Positions 9,890-21,445 of a DNA stretch of 64,000 bases are shown one piece after another; position 1 is the stretch's first letter; each line of letters begins with the position of its first letter. The position numbers were made by a program, and so were the translations under genes. Under the pieces are notes generated by a model. That model did no database searches. It was not told the DNA's origin and worked only from the letters and a program-made list of their open reading frames with translations. Origin of the DNA: an uncultured Gemmatimonadales bacterium. Lineage in GTDB: Bacteria; Gemmatimonadota; Gemmatimonadetes; Longimicrobiales; RSA9. Where the stretch lies: the NCBI GenBank assembly GCA_963783305.1, contig CAWAMW010000007.1, positions 480,001-544,000 on the forward strand. The letters run 5' to 3'.

Positions 9890-9927
9890 AGAATTTGGAG
9901 TTCCTTGCCCAGCCCACGTACCAGCTG

Positions 9928-10692
9928 TCAGGTCTTCCCGCCGGGACCCCCGAGACCGCCGGACTCCCGCTCCCACCGCGCCAGCACCGGCACCCCGTCC
10001 TCACCGATCGTGATGTAGGTCCAGTGGCTGATCCAGTCGCCCGCGTTCAGGTAATAGCGGCCCGGCTCGACCTCTTCCACCGCCGGGAGGTGCGCGTGGC
10101 CGCACACCACGTACGCCAGCTCCGGCTCCTCCGCCAGCGTCTCCCGGGCCCACCCCTCGATGAACGCCGCGCGCCCCAGCTTGCCCGGATCCGTGTCGAC
10201 CTTCAGCTCCGTCGATGAGACCCGGCGCGCCAGCCGAAGACCGAGCTCCGGATGAATCGCGCGGAACGCCATCACCGCCGCGCGGCTCCGCAGCACCAGC
10301 TTCAGGGCCCGGTACTTCAGGTCGCCCTTGCCCAGACCATCGCCGTGCGCCAGCAGCGCCGACCGTCCGCAGATCTGCATCCGCACATGACCGGGGCGGA
10401 ACGACACCCCCACGTGCTCCTCCAGGAACCGGCCGCCCCAGGCGTCGTGATTGCCGCCCGTAACCACCACAGGCACACCGGACTCCACCAGCTCCGACAG
10501 CGCCGCCAGGACCCGGAAGTGCTCACCCGGGATCACGTCGCCGTACTCGAACCAGAAGTCGAAGAGGTCACCGGGAATGATCAGCTGCGAGCCCTCCGCC
10601 CCCACGTGGTCGAGGAAGGCGAGGAAGGCCCGCTCCGTGGCGTCGGGTACGGCGCCCAGGTGCACGTCCGAGGTGATGAACACTGGCTTCAT
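9928..10692 (-). CDS. lpxH: UDP-2,3-diacylglucosamine diphosphatase (LpxH-like metallophosphoesterase)
   Basis: SDVHLG, GDLFDFWFEY, GNHD, AHGDG, GHAH and YLNAGDW motifs. Confidence 0.85.
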   Translation of the reverse strand: MKPVFITSDVHLGAVPDATERAFLAFLDHVGAEGSQLIIPGDLFDFWFEYGDVIPGEHFRVLAALSELVESGVPVVVTGGNHDAWGGRFLEEHVGVSFRPGHVRMQICGRSALLAHGDGLGKGDLKYRALKLVLRSRAAVMAFRAIHPELGLRLARRVSSTELKVDTDPGKLGRAAFIEGWARETLAEEPELAYVVCGHAHLPAVEEVEPGRYYLNAGDWISHWTYITIGEDGVPVLARWERESGGLGGPGGKT

Positions 10693-10807
10693 GGCCCGCG
10701 AACCTAACCCTCGCACGCCGCGCCCAGCAACGCGCCACCGTCAGGAACCGATTTTCTCGCCCGCCGCTGTTGTTCTTCGTCGTCGTTCTTGTATATGTTC
10801 GTCCACC

Positions 10808-11824
10808 ATGGCTACGAAACACACTGAACGAGAGGGGCTCCGGCCCATCTCGCCGTACCAGCCGGCCCGCGCCCGCGAGGGTCGGAACCCCGGCACTCCC
10901 CTCGACCTCGACTGGGTCCGCGACCTCCGCGTGAACCGCAGCGCGGCGGAGCGCCGGTCCGCCACCCTGACCGCGCGTCGGTCCGTCAAGAAGGCCTGGC
11001 AGGCCGCGTGGCTGATCCGCGCGATCCAGTGCATGGACCTGACCACCCTCTCCGGCGATGATACGCCCGGGGCCGTGCGGCGGCTCGCGGCCAAGGCCCG
11101 TCAGCCCGTTCGAGAGGATCTCCTCCGAAGCCTCGGCCTCGCGCCCCACGCCGTCCAGGTGGGCGCCGTGTGCGTCTACCACGCCCTCGTGCCCGCGGCC
11201 GTTGACGCGCTCCGGGGCTCGGGGATCCCCGTGGCGGCCGTCTCCACCGGGTTCCCCGCGGGCCTGAGCCCCTTCGCCCAACGGGTGGCCGAGATCGGCG
11301 CTTCGGTCGAGGCGGGCGCCGAGGAGATCGACATCGTCATCACTCGCGCCCACGTCCTGCGCGGGGACTGGAGGGCCCTCTACAACGAGGTCCGCACCTT
11401 CCGTGACGCCTGCGGCGAGGCCCACATGAAGACGATCCTGGCCACGGGGGAGCTGGGCACCCTCACGAACGTCGCGCGCGCCAGCCGCGTCTGCATGATG
11501 GCCGGCGCCGATTTCATCAAGACGTCCACCGGCAAGGAGAGCGTCAACGCCGTCCTGCCCGTCGGCCTCACCATGGCCCGCGCCGTCCGCGACTACCGCG
11601 AGCGCACCGGCTACGCCATCGGCTTCAAGCCGGCGGGAGGAATCCGCACCGCGAAGGACGCCATCAGCTGGCTGATCCTCATGCGCGAGGAGCTCGGCGA
11701 GCGCTGGACCCGACCCGACCTGTTCCGCTTCGGGGCGAGCTCGCTCCTCGGCGACATCGAGCGGCAGCTCGAGCACTTCGTTACTGGCCGCTATTCCGCC
11801 GGCTACCGACACCCCATGGCATGA
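10808..11824 (+). CDS. deoC: Deoxyribose-phosphate aldolase (long form)
   Basis: DLTTLSGDDT, GFPAG, EIDIV, GADFIKTSTGK, GFKPAGGI and FRFGASSLL motifs. Confidence 0.95.
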   Translation: MATKHTEREGLRPISPYQPARAREGRNPGTPLDLDWVRDLRVNRSAAERRSATLTARRSVKKAWQAAWLIRAIQCMDLTTLSGDDTPGAVRRLAAKARQPVREDLLRSLGLAPHAVQVGAVCVYHALVPAAVDALRGSGIPVAAVSTGFPAGLSPFAQRVAEIGASVEAGAEEIDIVITRAHVLRGDWRALYNEVRTFRDACGEAHMKTILATGELGTLTNVARASRVCMMAGADFIKTSTGKESVNAVLPVGLTMARAVRDYRERTGYAIGFKPAGGIRTAKDAISWLILMREELGERWTRPDLFRFGASSLLGDIERQLEHFVTGRYSAGYRHPMA

Positions 11825-14262
11825 CCGAAAAGACCACGCAGGTCCCCGAGTTGCTGGAGCGCCTGGAGTATGGTCCCGCTCCGGAGTCCTCCACCGACGT
11901 CCGCGCCTGGATCGACGACCACGGCCCCTTCGGCCACTACATCGAGGGCCGCTGGACGCCCGCCGGCGACGACCGCTTCGACGTCTCCGACCCGTCCACC
12001 AACCACACCCTCGCCCAGGTCACCCAGGGCTCCGAGGACGACGTGGATGCCGCCGTCCGCGCCGCGCGCGCCGCGTTCCCCGCGTGGTCCGCACTCCCGG
12101 GCCATGAACGCGCCCGCTACCTCTACGCCATAGCGCGCCAGCTCCAGAAGCACGCCCGCTTCTTCGCCGTCCTCGAGTCCCTCGACAACGGCAAGCCCAT
12201 CCGGGAGACCCGGGACATCGACATCCCCCTCGTGGCCCGCCACTTCTATCACCACGCCGGCTGGGCCCAGCTCATGGACCGCGACCCGGAGCTCCGCGAT
12301 CAGCGGCCCCTCGGGGTCGCCGGTCAGATCATCCCGTGGAACTTCCCGCTGCTCATGCTGGCGTGGAAGGTGGCCCCGGCCCTGGCCACGGGAAACACGG
12401 TGGTCCTCAAGCCGGCCGAGTTCACGCCGCTCACCGCCCTCCGCTTTGCCGCGCTGTGTCACCACGTCGGACTGCCCCCGGGCGTGCTCAACATCGTCAC
12501 CGGCGATGGCAGGACGGGCGCGCACCTGGTCGCTCATCCCGACGTCGACAAGATCGCCTTCACCGGCAGCACCGAGGTCGGACGGATCATCCGCACCCAG
12601 ACCGCGGGCAGTGGCAAGCGCCTTTCCCTCGAGCTGGGCGGGAAATCGCCCTTCGTCGTCTACGAGGACGCGGACCTCGACGGGGTGGTCGAAGGCGTGG
12701 TGGATGCCATCTGGTTCAACCAGGGGCAGGTGTGCTGCGCCGGGTCCCGCATTCTGGTGCAGGAAGGCGTGGCCGATCGCCTCATCCAGAAGCTGCGCGA
12801 CCGCATGGAGACGCTCCGCATCGGGGATCCCCTCGACAAGGGCGTGGACATCGGCGCCATCGTCGCCCCGGTCCAGCTCGAGCGGATCCAGCGCCTCGTG
12901 CAGGAGGGCAGGGAAGAGGGTGCGGAGGTCTGGCAGCCGTCCTGGCCATGTCCCGACCAGGGCTGCTTCTATCCGCCCACCCTCATCACCAACGTCTCGC
13001 CCGCCGCGCAGGTCTCGCAGGTCGAGATCTTCGGACCCGTGGTCGTGCTCATGACCTTCCGCACTCCCGCGGAGTCCGTCGATCTCGCCAACAACACCCC
13101 CTACGGGCTCGCCGCCAGCGTCTGGTCCGAGAACATCAATCTCGCCCTCGACGTGGCCCCGAAGATCAAGGCCGGGACCGTGTGGATCAACTCCACCAAC
13201 CTCTTCGATGCCGCCTCCGGCTTCGGTGGGTACCGCGAGAGCGGGTTCGGGCGGGAGGGCGGACGCGAAGGCCTCTGGCCGTACCTCACCACGTCCCCTG
13301 CCTCGAACGCTGAGCGTGCGCCCGAGGAGCCGGCCACCGGCGCGGGAGTCGACGCCGCCGGGAACGCGGCCACGAGAGAGCCCGTCGAGCGAGAACCGAG
13401 CACCGAACACCGTGGACCGATACCCGTGGGTGTGGACCGCACCGCCAAGCTCTACATCGGCGGCAAGCAGGCCCGCCCGGATTCCGGCTACTCCACCGAC
13501 GTCCTCGGCGCCGACGGCACGCACCTCGGTGAGGTGGGGAAGGGGAATCGGAAGGACATCCGGAACGCCGTCGAGGCGGCCCACAAGGCTCTCCCCGGCT
13601 GGTCGGCTGCCACGGCCCACACCCGCGCCCAGATCCTCTTCTACCTCGCCGAGAACCTCGCCGCCCGCGCCGATGAGTTCGCGCGCCGGATCGACGCCAT
13701 GGTCGGGAGCGGTGGCCGCGAGGAAGTGGAGGCCGCCATCCGTCGCGTATTCTCCTACGCCGCATGGGCCGACAAGTGGGACGGCGCCGTCCACCATACC
13801 CCGGTTCGGAACGTCACCATCGCCATGCCCGAGCCTATCGGCGTGGCGGGCGTGGCGGCCCCCGATGAGCGGCCTCTGCTGGGGCTCCTTTCCGCGACCC
13901 TCCCGCTGGTGGCTCTCGGGAACACCGTCGTCGCCATACCGTCCGAGCGGGCCCCCCTGGCCGCCACCGACCTGTACCAGGTCCTCGATACGTCCGACGT
14001 GCCGGGCGGCGTGATCAATATCGTGACCGGGCCCCGAGATGAGCTCGTGGAGACCCTGGCGGGCCATTACGATGTGAACGCCCTCTGGTATATCGGCGGC
14101 ACCCGCGAGGGCGCTGCCATGGTCGAGCGGCTCTCCGCCGGCAACATGAAGCAGACGTGGATCCGCTCCGGTCGCGACTGGATGGACCCGAGCTCGGAGG
14201 GCCCCGAGTTCCTGCGGAGGGCGAGCCAGGTGAAGAACATCTGGGTCCCATACGGAGCATGA
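11821..14262 (+). CDS. Two-domain aldehyde dehydrogenase (ALDH16-like)
   Basis: [22 protein letters not shown] and QVCCAG catalytic domain, followed by a second degenerate ALDH domain ending [10 protein letters not shown]. Confidence 0.92.
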   Translation: MTEKTTQVPELLERLEYGPAPESSTDVRAWIDDHGPFGHYIEGRWTPAGDDRFDVSDPSTNHTLAQVTQGSEDDVDAAVRAARAAFPAWSALPGHERARYLYAIARQLQKHARFFAVLESLDNGKPIRETRDIDIPLVARHFYHHAGWAQLMDRDPELRDQRPLGVAGQIIPWNFPLLMLAWKVAPALATGNTVVLKPAEFTPLTALRFAALCHHVGLPPGVLNIVTGDGRTGAHLVAHPDVDKIAFTGSTEVGRIIRTQTAGSGKRLSLELGGKSPFVVYEDADLDGVVEGVVDAIWFNQGQVCCAGSRILVQEGVADRLIQKLRDRMETLRIGDPLDKGVDIGAIVAPVQLERIQRLVQEGREEGAEVWQPSWPCPDQGCFYPPTLITNVSPAAQVSQVEIFGPVVVLMTFRTPAESVDLANNTPYGLAASVWSENINLALDVAPKIKAGTVWINSTNLFDAASGFGGYRESGFGREGGREGLWPYLTTSPASNAERAPEEPATGAGVDAAGNAATREPVEREPSTEHRGPIPVGVDRTAKLYIGGKQARPDSGYSTDVLGADGTHLGEVGKGNRKDIRNAVEAAHKALPGWSAATAHTRAQILFYLAENLAARADEFARRIDAMVGSGGREEVEAAIRRVFSYAAWADKWDGAVHHTPVRNVTIAMPEPIGVAGVAAPDERPLLGLLSATLPLVALGNTVVAIPSERAPLAATDLYQVLDTSDVPGGVINIVTGPRDELVETLAGHYDVNALWYIGGTREGAAMVERLSAGNMKQTWIRSGRDWMDPSSEGPEFLRRASQVKNIWVPYGA

Positions 14263-14666
14263 GTCACCTCGCCACGTCCACCTTCCGGGCCCGGTACGCG
14301 GAGACCGACCAGATGGGGGTCGTCCACCACGCCAGCTACCTCGTCTGGTGCGAGGTGGGCCGCACCGACTACATGCGCGATCTCGGCACCACCTACGCCG
14401 AGATCGAGCGGCAGGGCGTGTTCCTCGCCGTCGCCTCCGCCGAGGTCCGCTACGGTGCTCCAGCCCACTACGACGACCTGATCCACGTCGAGACCCGACT
14501 GGAGTCCGTGAAGTCGCGCACCATCACCTTCGCCTACGACATTTCGCGCCGGGAGCCCGACCCCGGCCCCATCGCACGCGCGTCCACCACCCTGGTCTCC
14601 ATTGACGCCGACGGCCGGCCGCGTCGACTGCCCCACGCTGTTCTGGACCTGTTCCGCACCTCATGA
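14259..14666 (+). CDS. Acyl-CoA thioesterase (YbgC/FadM hotdog fold)
   Basis: RYAETDQMGVVHHASYLVWCEVGRT; ATGA overlap with the ALDH gene. Confidence 0.92.
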   Translation: MSHLATSTFRARYAETDQMGVVHHASYLVWCEVGRTDYMRDLGTTYAEIERQGVFLAVASAEVRYGAPAHYDDLIHVETRLESVKSRTITFAYDISRREPDPGPIARASTTLVSIDADGRPRRLPHAVLDLFRTS

Positions 14667-16885
14667 TCCCGCACCGCGTCCCCCGGCCGTGGCCGGGATC
14701 GAGAGCCACGGCCACGCGCCTCCCTTCCTCCGCCCGGGGCGTTCTACTCGGAATCCTCGTGGTGGCTGCAGGGATCGGCGCCAGCTGCGCGCCTCACGAG
14801 TCGCGCCCTCCCGCGCCCGGCGGGGGAGAGGTGCTCCTCTCGAGCTCCGAGGTCGGCGCCATCGCCCGGATCCTGCGCGCCGAGGACCGCCGCGCATGGA
14901 GCGCCGACACCTTCGCCCCGCTCTACGAGGGTGCGGTAGACGAGGTTCGGAGCCGCGCGGTCCTGGCGGCGGGAAGGATCGGGGATACCGCCGCCACGCC
15001 GTTCCTGCTCCGCGCCCTCGACTCGGACGCGAGCCCCTCCGTCCGCGCCAATGCCGCCTTCGCCCTCGGCATCCTCGGCGACAGCACGTCCGAGGTCACC
15101 CACGCCCTGTCGGCCGCGCTGGCCGACGGGTGGATGGCGGCGAGCCCCTCGGCCGCCGCCCCCGCCATCGAGGCCATCGCGGCACTCGGCAGGATCGGCG
15201 GGGACCACGCCTCGGCCACCCTGCACGACGTCCTCCGCAGAGGACGCGCTCTCGACACGGACGCGCACCGCCTCATCGCCGCCGAAGCCCTCCTCTCCGT
15301 CTGGAAGCTCGCCGGCGGCGCCCAGGACGTGGACGCGGCCGTACCGTATCTCGAGGCGGCGGATCCCGAGATTCGCTGGCGCGCGGCGTACGCCCTCATG
15401 CGCGGGGGTCAGCCAGCGGCGCTCGAGCACCTCCTGGCCCACGCTACCGATGGCGATCACCAGGTCCGGGCCTACGTCGCACGCGCCCTGACCTCCCGCG
15501 GCGTCGACTCCGCACGCGTAGCCGACGCGGCCCTGCGGCATCTCACCGCGGCTCTCCGCGACCCCCACCCACACGTGCGCGTCAACGCCGTGCGCAGCCT
15601 CGGAAGCTATGCCGAGCGCGCTCCGCTCGATCCCATTGTCGCGCTCCTCGATGACCCCGTTCCGAGCGTGGCCCTGGCCGCTTCGGACGCACTGGGCGCC
15701 CTCGGGATCCGCGCGGCCGGACCGCTGCGCCAGGCATTCGAGGCCTCCCGCCAGCCGCTCGCCGTTCGCGCCGCCTTCCTGGCCACCCTCGCCGCGATCG
15801 ACCCGCAGCCCGCGGGTGAGATCCTCGCACGATGGGCCACGGGCGGTCAGCCGGCGCGCTACTTCGCTGCCCGGGCACTCGCCTCTCTCCGTGCGGATAT
15901 CGCGCTGGCCCTGGCGCCCGGCCTCGCGGCTGACCCCGACACCCGGGTCGCCATTGCGGCTCTCTCGTCGGCCGCCGCCCATGCCGTCGCGGACAGCGGC
16001 GGGCTCGCGCTGCGCGACCAGGCACGGCAGCTCCTGCGGACGGCCCTGACCTCGCCCGACGTGCCGCGACGCGCCGCCGCCACCCACCTCCTCCTCGAGC
16101 TCGCCGAGGCCTCCAATGCGCCCCACCTGGTTCGCGCCTTCCGTCGCTCCGTCGCCGACATGAAGGGGCGTCCCGGGAGTCGCCGTCACGCCGTCGCTCG
16201 TGAAGGCGCCCTGGCCGCGCTCACCACGCTCGACCGGCTTCGGAAGGACGACGACCTCTCGGCCCCGGATCGCGCCACCCTCGCCGCCGCGCTCGACGAG
16301 CTCTTCGCCGGGCCTCGTCCCGACGACCCGTGGATTCGACGGGGCGCCGCGGAGCTCGGGGTCGCCTGGGGTGAGCCGCCGCAGGTCGCCGCAGCGGAAG
16401 ACATCGGCTTCTACCAGAACATCGTCCGCCGATACATCGCAGCGCCCCTCGCCGGCAAACGACGTCCCCGTGCGATCGTCGAGACCGCCCACGGACCGGT
16501 CGTCCTGGAGCTGCTCGGGACGGAAGCCCCGCTCACCGTCCACAACTTCATCACGCTGGCCGAAGCCGGCTTTTTCAATGGCGGGGTCTGGCATCGCGTG
16601 ATCCCCAATTTCGTGCTCCAGGACGGCGCCCCGGGCGGCTACGCCAGCGGCGGCCCCGGCTGGACCCTCCGGGATGAGCTCAATCGCGTTCGGTACGGTC
16701 GCGGCGTCCTCGGCATGGCCCTGAGCGGCCCCGACACGGGCGGGAGCCAGTGGTTCATCACCCACTCGCCCCAACCACACCTCGACGGCGGGTACACCGT
16801 GTTCGGCCGCGTCATCGAGGGGATGGAAGCCGCCGACGCCGTGCTCCAGGGAGAAGCGATCCCGTCGATCCGGATCGTGCTGTGA
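14663..16885 (+). CDS. HEAT-repeat lipoprotein with C-terminal cyclophilin-type peptidyl-prolyl isomerase
   Basis: Lipobox GASC; repeated VRxxAAxALG HEAT motifs; HRVIPNFVLQ, GMALSGPDTGGSQWFI and HLDGGYTVFGRV; start is uncertain. Confidence 0.9.
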   Translation: MIPHRVPRPWPGSRATATRLPSSARGVLLGILVVAAGIGASCAPHESRPPAPGGGEVLLSSSEVGAIARILRAEDRRAWSADTFAPLYEGAVDEVRSRAVLAAGRIGDTAATPFLLRALDSDASPSVRANAAFALGILGDSTSEVTHALSAALADGWMAASPSAAAPAIEAIAALGRIGGDHASATLHDVLRRGRALDTDAHRLIAAEALLSVWKLAGGAQDVDAAVPYLEAADPEIRWRAAYALMRGGQPAALEHLLAHATDGDHQVRAYVARALTSRGVDSARVADAALRHLTAALRDPHPHVRVNAVRSLGSYAERAPLDPIVALLDDPVPSVALAASDALGALGIRAAGPLRQAFEASRQPLAVRAAFLATLAAIDPQPAGEILARWATGGQPARYFAARALASLRADIALALAPGLAADPDTRVAIAALSSAAAHAVADSGGLALRDQARQLLRTALTSPDVPRRAAATHLLLELAEASNAPHLVRAFRRSVADMKGRPGSRRHAVAREGALAALTTLDRLRKDDDLSAPDRATLAAALDELFAGPRPDDPWIRRGAAELGVAWGEPPQVAAAEDIGFYQNIVRRYIAAPLAGKRRPRAIVETAHGPVVLELLGTEAPLTVHNFITLAEAGFFNGGVWHRVIPNFVLQDGAPGGYASGGPGWTLRDELNRVRYGRGVLGMALSGPDTGGSQWFITHSPQPHLDGGYTVFGRVIEGMEAADAVLQGEAIPSIRIVL

Positions 16886-16935
16886 GACGGCCGGCCCTCA
16901 CACCGCCCTGCGGCGCCCTCCTCCCAGGCGCTCCC

Positions 16936-17620
16936 GTGGACGCCATTTTCTCTCGGCGAGTACTTGCCGGCGCGCTGCTGGCCGCGGCCACCGGCATGTT
17001 CGCCTCCGCGTGCGCGAGTCGCGGCGTCCCGGACACGCTGGACCCGACGGTCGCGGCGACGGCGATCGAGGGCACCGCCCCGGATCGACCGCTCCAGGCA
17101 GTCTTCGACTGGGAGATGCGGGACGGTGATGCCCGCTTTCACGGCAGTGGAGCCGCTCGCATCCAGCCGCCGTACCGGGTCCGCCTGGACCTGTTCGGGC
17201 CCCGTGGCGACGGGTACCTCAGTGCGGCCGCGGTCGGGATGGAGCTCCGCCTGCCGCCGACCGCGAACCCTGTCCCGCTGCCGCCCGCCGCCATGATGTG
17301 GGCCGCGCTCGGGGTGGTGTCGCCGCCGCCCGAGGCCCGTCTCGTGGGGACACGGGTCACCACCGCGGCGAGGGAGTTGCATTACGAAACCAATGGCAGC
17401 CGACTACGGTACAGACTGATCGATGGCCACCTCGAATCCGCGGTCTGGCGCGGAGGCGGGCGCCAGAATGAGCGTCGATCTCTCAGAAGATCGGGTGGCG
17501 GGGCTACCGCGCACCGCCATCTTTAGGGATGCAGCCGCGGGCATGGAGCTGAAGTTGAACCTGGAGCGAGTGGATGATGCGGAGTCGTTTCCGCCGGAGA
17601 TCTGGAACCCCAATGAATAG
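16936..17620 (+). pseudogene. Lipoprotein of possible LolB/DUF4292-like fold, split by a frameshift near 17464 (or a sequencing error)
   Basis: Lipobox ASAC and RVRLDLFGP; first frame decays after AVWRGGG, while the +1 frame continues RMSVDLSED...FPPEIWNPNE to a stop overlapping the lptE start. Confidence 0.65.
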
Positions 17621-18131
17621 GCGTGCACGAGCGGCGTGCCTGGCGCTCGTCGCTGCCCTGGGTGGTTCCTTGGCCTCGTGCAATTACGGCTTCGAGGGGG
17701 GCGGCTTCCCACCCCACATCCGGACCATCTACATCGAGCCGTTCGAAAACGAGACCCCGCAGTTCGAGCTCCAGGGGCAGATATTCACCGCCCTCGTCGA
17801 GGAGCTTCCCGGCCAACTCGGACTCCGCACCGCCGGCGTGGAGTCCGCCGACGCCATCCTGAGAGGCCGGATCCTGCGCTACGACAATGTCGCCCAGAAC
17901 TACCGGCCGGGCACCGGCCAGTCCGCGGGTGCCGCCCTCGCCCACGAGGTGCAGATCGGAATCACCGCGGAGCTCGTGGACATCCGCGACAACGTGATCC
18001 GCTGGGAAGCCCGCACCCTGACCGGCCGCGGCACCTACGACCCCTCCGGTCAGACCGATACGATCGGCCAGAGGCAGGCTATCGAGAACCTCATCGAACA
18101 GATCATCAATGGGGCGCAGTCGCAATGGTGA
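17613..18131 (+). CDS. lptE: LptE-family LPS assembly lipoprotein
   Basis: Lipobox LASC then YGFEGGGFPPHIRTIYIEPFENET, ADAILRGRI and a terminal W. Confidence 0.8.
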   Translation: MNRRARAACLALVAALGGSLASCNYGFEGGGFPPHIRTIYIEPFENETPQFELQGQIFTALVEELPGQLGLRTAGVESADAILRGRILRYDNVAQNYRPGTGQSAGAALAHEVQIGITAELVDIRDNVIRWEARTLTGRGTYDPSGQTDTIGQRQAIENLIEQIINGAQSQW

Positions 18132-18141
18132 GGGCCCGACG

Positions 18142-19521
18142 ATGAAGAGACTACTCTGGATCCTTCCGCTGGCCCTTCTCACGCCCGTGCTCCTGGCCGC
18201 TCAGAGCCACGGCGCCGACACCGCCGGCGCCGAGCACGTGCGCGTCGAGCACTTCTTCCTCGTTCTGATCGCCATTCTCGTCGTCGGGAAGGGCATGGGC
18301 GAAATCGCTGAGCGCCTCGGGCAGCCCGCCGTCCTCGGTGAGCTCCTCGCCGGCGTCATCCTCGGGTACAGCGTCCTCGGGATCGTACCCGTCGATGGCG
18401 CCATGGCCGAGATCATCACGCTCCTCGCCGAGGTCGGCGTCGCCATCCTCCTCTTCGAGATCGGCCTCGAGACCGACCTCAAGGAGATGTTCCGCGTCGG
18501 CGCGTCCGCCTCCGTCGTGGCCGTGGTCGGTGTCGCGCTCCCGTTCGCCCTCGGCTTCCTCTACTGGTGGTGGTTCACCCCCGATCTCGGTACCGTCAAC
18601 CCCGACATCACCCCCACCGTAGTCGCCATTTTCGTCGGGGCCACGCTTACCGCGACCTCCGTCGGCATCACCGCCCGCGTCCTCACCGATCTCGATCGGA
18701 TCCATACCCCCGAGGCTCGCGTCATTATCGGAGCGGCCGTGGTCGACGATGTGCTCGGCCTCGTCATCCTCGCCGTCGTCAGTGGTCTCGCCGCCGGCAC
18801 TGCACTCACCGTCCTCGGCATCGCCACCACCTTCGCGGTCGCGGTCGGCTTCCTCGTGGCGGCCGTCATCGTCGGGAACTGGATCGCACCCCGCCTCTTC
18901 GGCCTCATCGACCGGCTCCGCGTCCGCGGGGTCCTCCTCGTCAGCGCCTTCTCCTTCGCGCTTCTCTTCGGCGCCCTCGCCGGCCTCGCGGGATCCGCAC
19001 TCATTATCGGATCCTTCGCCGCCGGGATCGTCCTTTCCTCCACGAATCAGTTCGACGTCATCGAGGAACGCATCAAGCCCGTCGCCGATATCTTCACGCC
19101 CATCTTCTTCGTCTCCGTGGGCGCCGCGGTGAACGTCCACCTCTTCCTCCCATGGAGCGACTCGTTCAACCTGAGCGTCCTCGCTGTGGGCGCGGTGCTC
19201 CTCGTCATCGCCGTTGCCGGCAAGCTCGTCAGCGGCTACACCGTTGGCTGGGGCGCCCATGACCTCAACCACGCCGCGATCGGCGTCGGCATGATTCCCC
19301 GCGGGGAGGTGGGGCTGATCTTCGCCAAGCTGGGTCTCGCGAACGGGATCCTGTCGTCCGAAGCGTTCAGCGCGATACTCATCATGGTCATCTTCACCAC
19401 CTTCATTGCACCCCCCCTCCTCAAGGTCATCTTCAAGGACGGCGGGCGCGGCGAGCCGGACAGCCTGCCCGTGCACCCCGGGGCCGCCGAGGTGGAAACG
19501 GCGCGCGCCCGCTGGTCGTGA
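18142..19521 (+). CDS. CPA2 cation:proton antiporter (NapA-like)
   Basis: [39 protein letters not shown] and [10 protein letters not shown] motifs. Confidence 0.93.
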   Translation: MKRLLWILPLALLTPVLLAAQSHGADTAGAEHVRVEHFFLVLIAILVVGKGMGEIAERLGQPAVLGELLAGVILGYSVLGIVPVDGAMAEIITLLAEVGVAILLFEIGLETDLKEMFRVGASASVVAVVGVALPFALGFLYWWWFTPDLGTVNPDITPTVVAIFVGATLTATSVGITARVLTDLDRIHTPEARVIIGAAVVDDVLGLVILAVVSGLAAGTALTVLGIATTFAVAVGFLVAAVIVGNWIAPRLFGLIDRLRVRGVLLVSAFSFALLFGALAGLAGSALIIGSFAAGIVLSSTNQFDVIEERIKPVADIFTPIFFVSVGAAVNVHLFLPWSDSFNLSVLAVGAVLLVIAVAGKLVSGYTVGWGAHDLNHAAIGVGMIPRGEVGLIFAKLGLANGILSSEAFSAILIMVIFTTFIAPPLLKVIFKDGGRGEPDSLPVHPGAAEVETARARWS

Positions 19522-19540
19522 GCAGGTCGGTGAAGGGGTT

Positions 19541-20038
19541 ATGACCGAGTACAGGCCCAGGCCGGAACACAAGATCCTGGAGCGTCCTGCGCTCCTGGAG
19601 CGCTACATCCGGCCGCGATCCGAGCGGCTGGTGTTCACCAACGGCTGCTTCGACATCCTGCACCGCGGCCATGTCGAGTACCTCTACAGTGCCCGGGCTC
19701 TCGGGGACGCCCTGGTGATCGGCGTCAACACGGATGCATCCGTACGGTCGCTGAAGGGGCCCGACCGACCGGTGGTCCCGCTCCGCGACCGCCTCTACGT
19801 GCTCGCCGGCCTCGGGTGCGTCGATGCCGTCACCCCCTTCGGCGAGGACACTCCGCGCGATCTCATCGCCGCGCTCCTCCCCGACGTCCTCGTCAAGGGC
19901 GGTGACTACCGCCCGGACAATGTGGTAGGGGGTCGCGAGGTCCGTGACGCGGGAGGCCAGGTCCTGATCCTGCCCTTCGTCGAGGGGCGCTCGACGACCC
20001 AGATCATCCAAACTTTGAACCGCCGAGCCCATGACTGA
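19541..20038 (+). CDS. rfaE2: D-glycero-beta-D-manno-heptose 1-phosphate adenylyltransferase (stand-alone HldE domain II)
   Basis: [32 protein letters not shown] and STT motifs. Confidence 0.93.
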   Translation: MTEYRPRPEHKILERPALLERYIRPRSERLVFTNGCFDILHRGHVEYLYSARALGDALVIGVNTDASVRSLKGPDRPVVPLRDRLYVLAGLGCVDAVTPFGEDTPRDLIAALLPDVLVKGGDYRPDNVVGGREVRDAGGQVLILPFVEGRSTTQIIQTLNRRAHD

Positions 20039-20756
20039 TCGTTCGACCGCCCGTTCCGACCGAGCTCCCACCGATCTACGGCCCGTAACCCTCGAGCCCG
20101 CTGTAGCGCCGTACGCCGAGGGCTCCTGCAGAGTCCGCTTCGGCCGTACCGAAGTGCTCTGCACCGCCTCCATCCAGGAGAACGTTCCCGGCTGGAGAAA
20201 GGGGAGTGGTCTCGGCTGGGTCACCGGCGAATACGCCATGCTGCCCCGCGCCACGCAGACCCGGACGAGCCGCGAGCGCGGCAAGGTCGGCGGACGCACC
20301 CAGGAGATCCAGCGCCTCATTGGTCGCTCTCTGCGGGCCGCCATGGACCTGGAAGCCCTCGGCGAGCGCCAGATCCTCGTGGATTGCGACGTCCTCGTCG
20401 CCGATGGCGGCACCCGAACCGCCGCCATCACGGGCGGAGCCGTGGCCCTCGCCGAGGCCTGCCGTTGGCTCGTCGATCAGGGGCTCCTCTCCGCCTCTCC
20501 CATGCGCGAGACCGTGGCCGCCATCTCCGTGGGGGTGGTCGCCGGCGAGCCGCGTCTCGACCTCGAGTACGTCGAGGACGTGGCCGCCGACGTGGACATG
20601 AACGTGGTCATGCTCGAGGGCGGGGGCATGGTCGAGGTCCAGGGGACCGGCGAACACGGGACCTTTTCAAGGGACGAGCTCGACCGCCTCCTCGACCTCG
20701 CGACCGACGGCATCCGCCGACTCATGGCTTCGCAGCGAGCCTCCCTCGACCGATGA
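20031..20756 (+). CDS. rph: Ribonuclease PH
   Basis: [35 protein letters not shown] and EVQGTGE motifs. Confidence 0.97.
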   Translation: MTDRSTARSDRAPTDLRPVTLEPAVAPYAEGSCRVRFGRTEVLCTASIQENVPGWRKGSGLGWVTGEYAMLPRATQTRTSRERGKVGGRTQEIQRLIGRSLRAAMDLEALGERQILVDCDVLVADGGTRTAAITGGAVALAEACRWLVDQGLLSASPMRETVAAISVGVVAGEPRLDLEYVEDVAADVDMNVVMLEGGGMVEVQGTGEHGTFSRDELDRLLDLATDGIRRLMASQRASLDR

Positions 20757-21412
20757 TCGCCCGTGCACGGGCCGCCATCCTCCTCGCCACGCGCAGCGAC
20801 CACAAGGCCACGGAGATCCGGAAGATCCTCGCCCCTCTCCGCTTCAATGTGATCACCCTCGCCGAGATCGAGTCTGAAGCTGCGCCCGATGAAGAGGCCA
20901 TCGAGGCCTACGACAGCTTCCAGGCCAATGCCATCGCCAAGGCGCAATATTTCGCGACACGCCACCGCCGCACCGCCATGGCCGACGATTCGGGGATCCG
21001 CGTGGATGCGCTCGGAGGTGAGCCCGGCGTGCGCACCAAGCGGTTTTCGGGACGCACCGACCTGCACGGCCGCGACCTCGATCAGGCCAACAACGCCCTC
21101 CTCCTCGAGAAACTCCAGGGCGTCCCCTGGGACCGACGCGGTGCGCACTACGTGTGCGCCGCCGCCATTGCCTGGCCGGACGGCCGGGCCCTCACCGCCG
21201 TGGGCACGGTCGCTGGCGTTATCGCTACGGAACCGCGGGGGCTCGGCGGGTTCGGCTACGACCCGCTCTTCCACGTGCCAGCGCTGGATGCCCGCTTCGC
21301 CGAAGTGGATCCGGCCGTGAAGGATGACATGAGCCACAGGGCACGGGCCTTCCGCGCCCTCGCCGCCGCTCTCGATGCCGCGCCCTGGGACCCCGTCGGA
21401 AGCCCCCCCTGA
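20753..21412 (+). CDS. rdgB: Non-canonical purine NTP pyrophosphatase (HAM1/RdgB)
   Basis: [19 protein letters not shown] and K..MSHR motifs; coupled to rph. Confidence 0.93.
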   Translation: MIARARAAILLATRSDHKATEIRKILAPLRFNVITLAEIESEAAPDEEAIEAYDSFQANAIAKAQYFATRHRRTAMADDSGIRVDALGGEPGVRTKRFSGRTDLHGRDLDQANNALLLEKLQGVPWDRRGAHYVCAAAIAWPDGRALTAVGTVAGVIATEPRGLGGFGYDPLFHVPALDARFAEVDPAVKDDMSHRARAFRALAAALDAAPWDPVGSPP

Positions 21413-21445
21413 GCTCCCCATCCACCCCGGCCACCCCGTCCGCCG

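Noticed and set aside
11803..16780. Long antisense ORFs (754 aa and 678 aa) and similar ones elsewhere
   Set aside because: Typical high-GC shadow frames opposite well-supported genes
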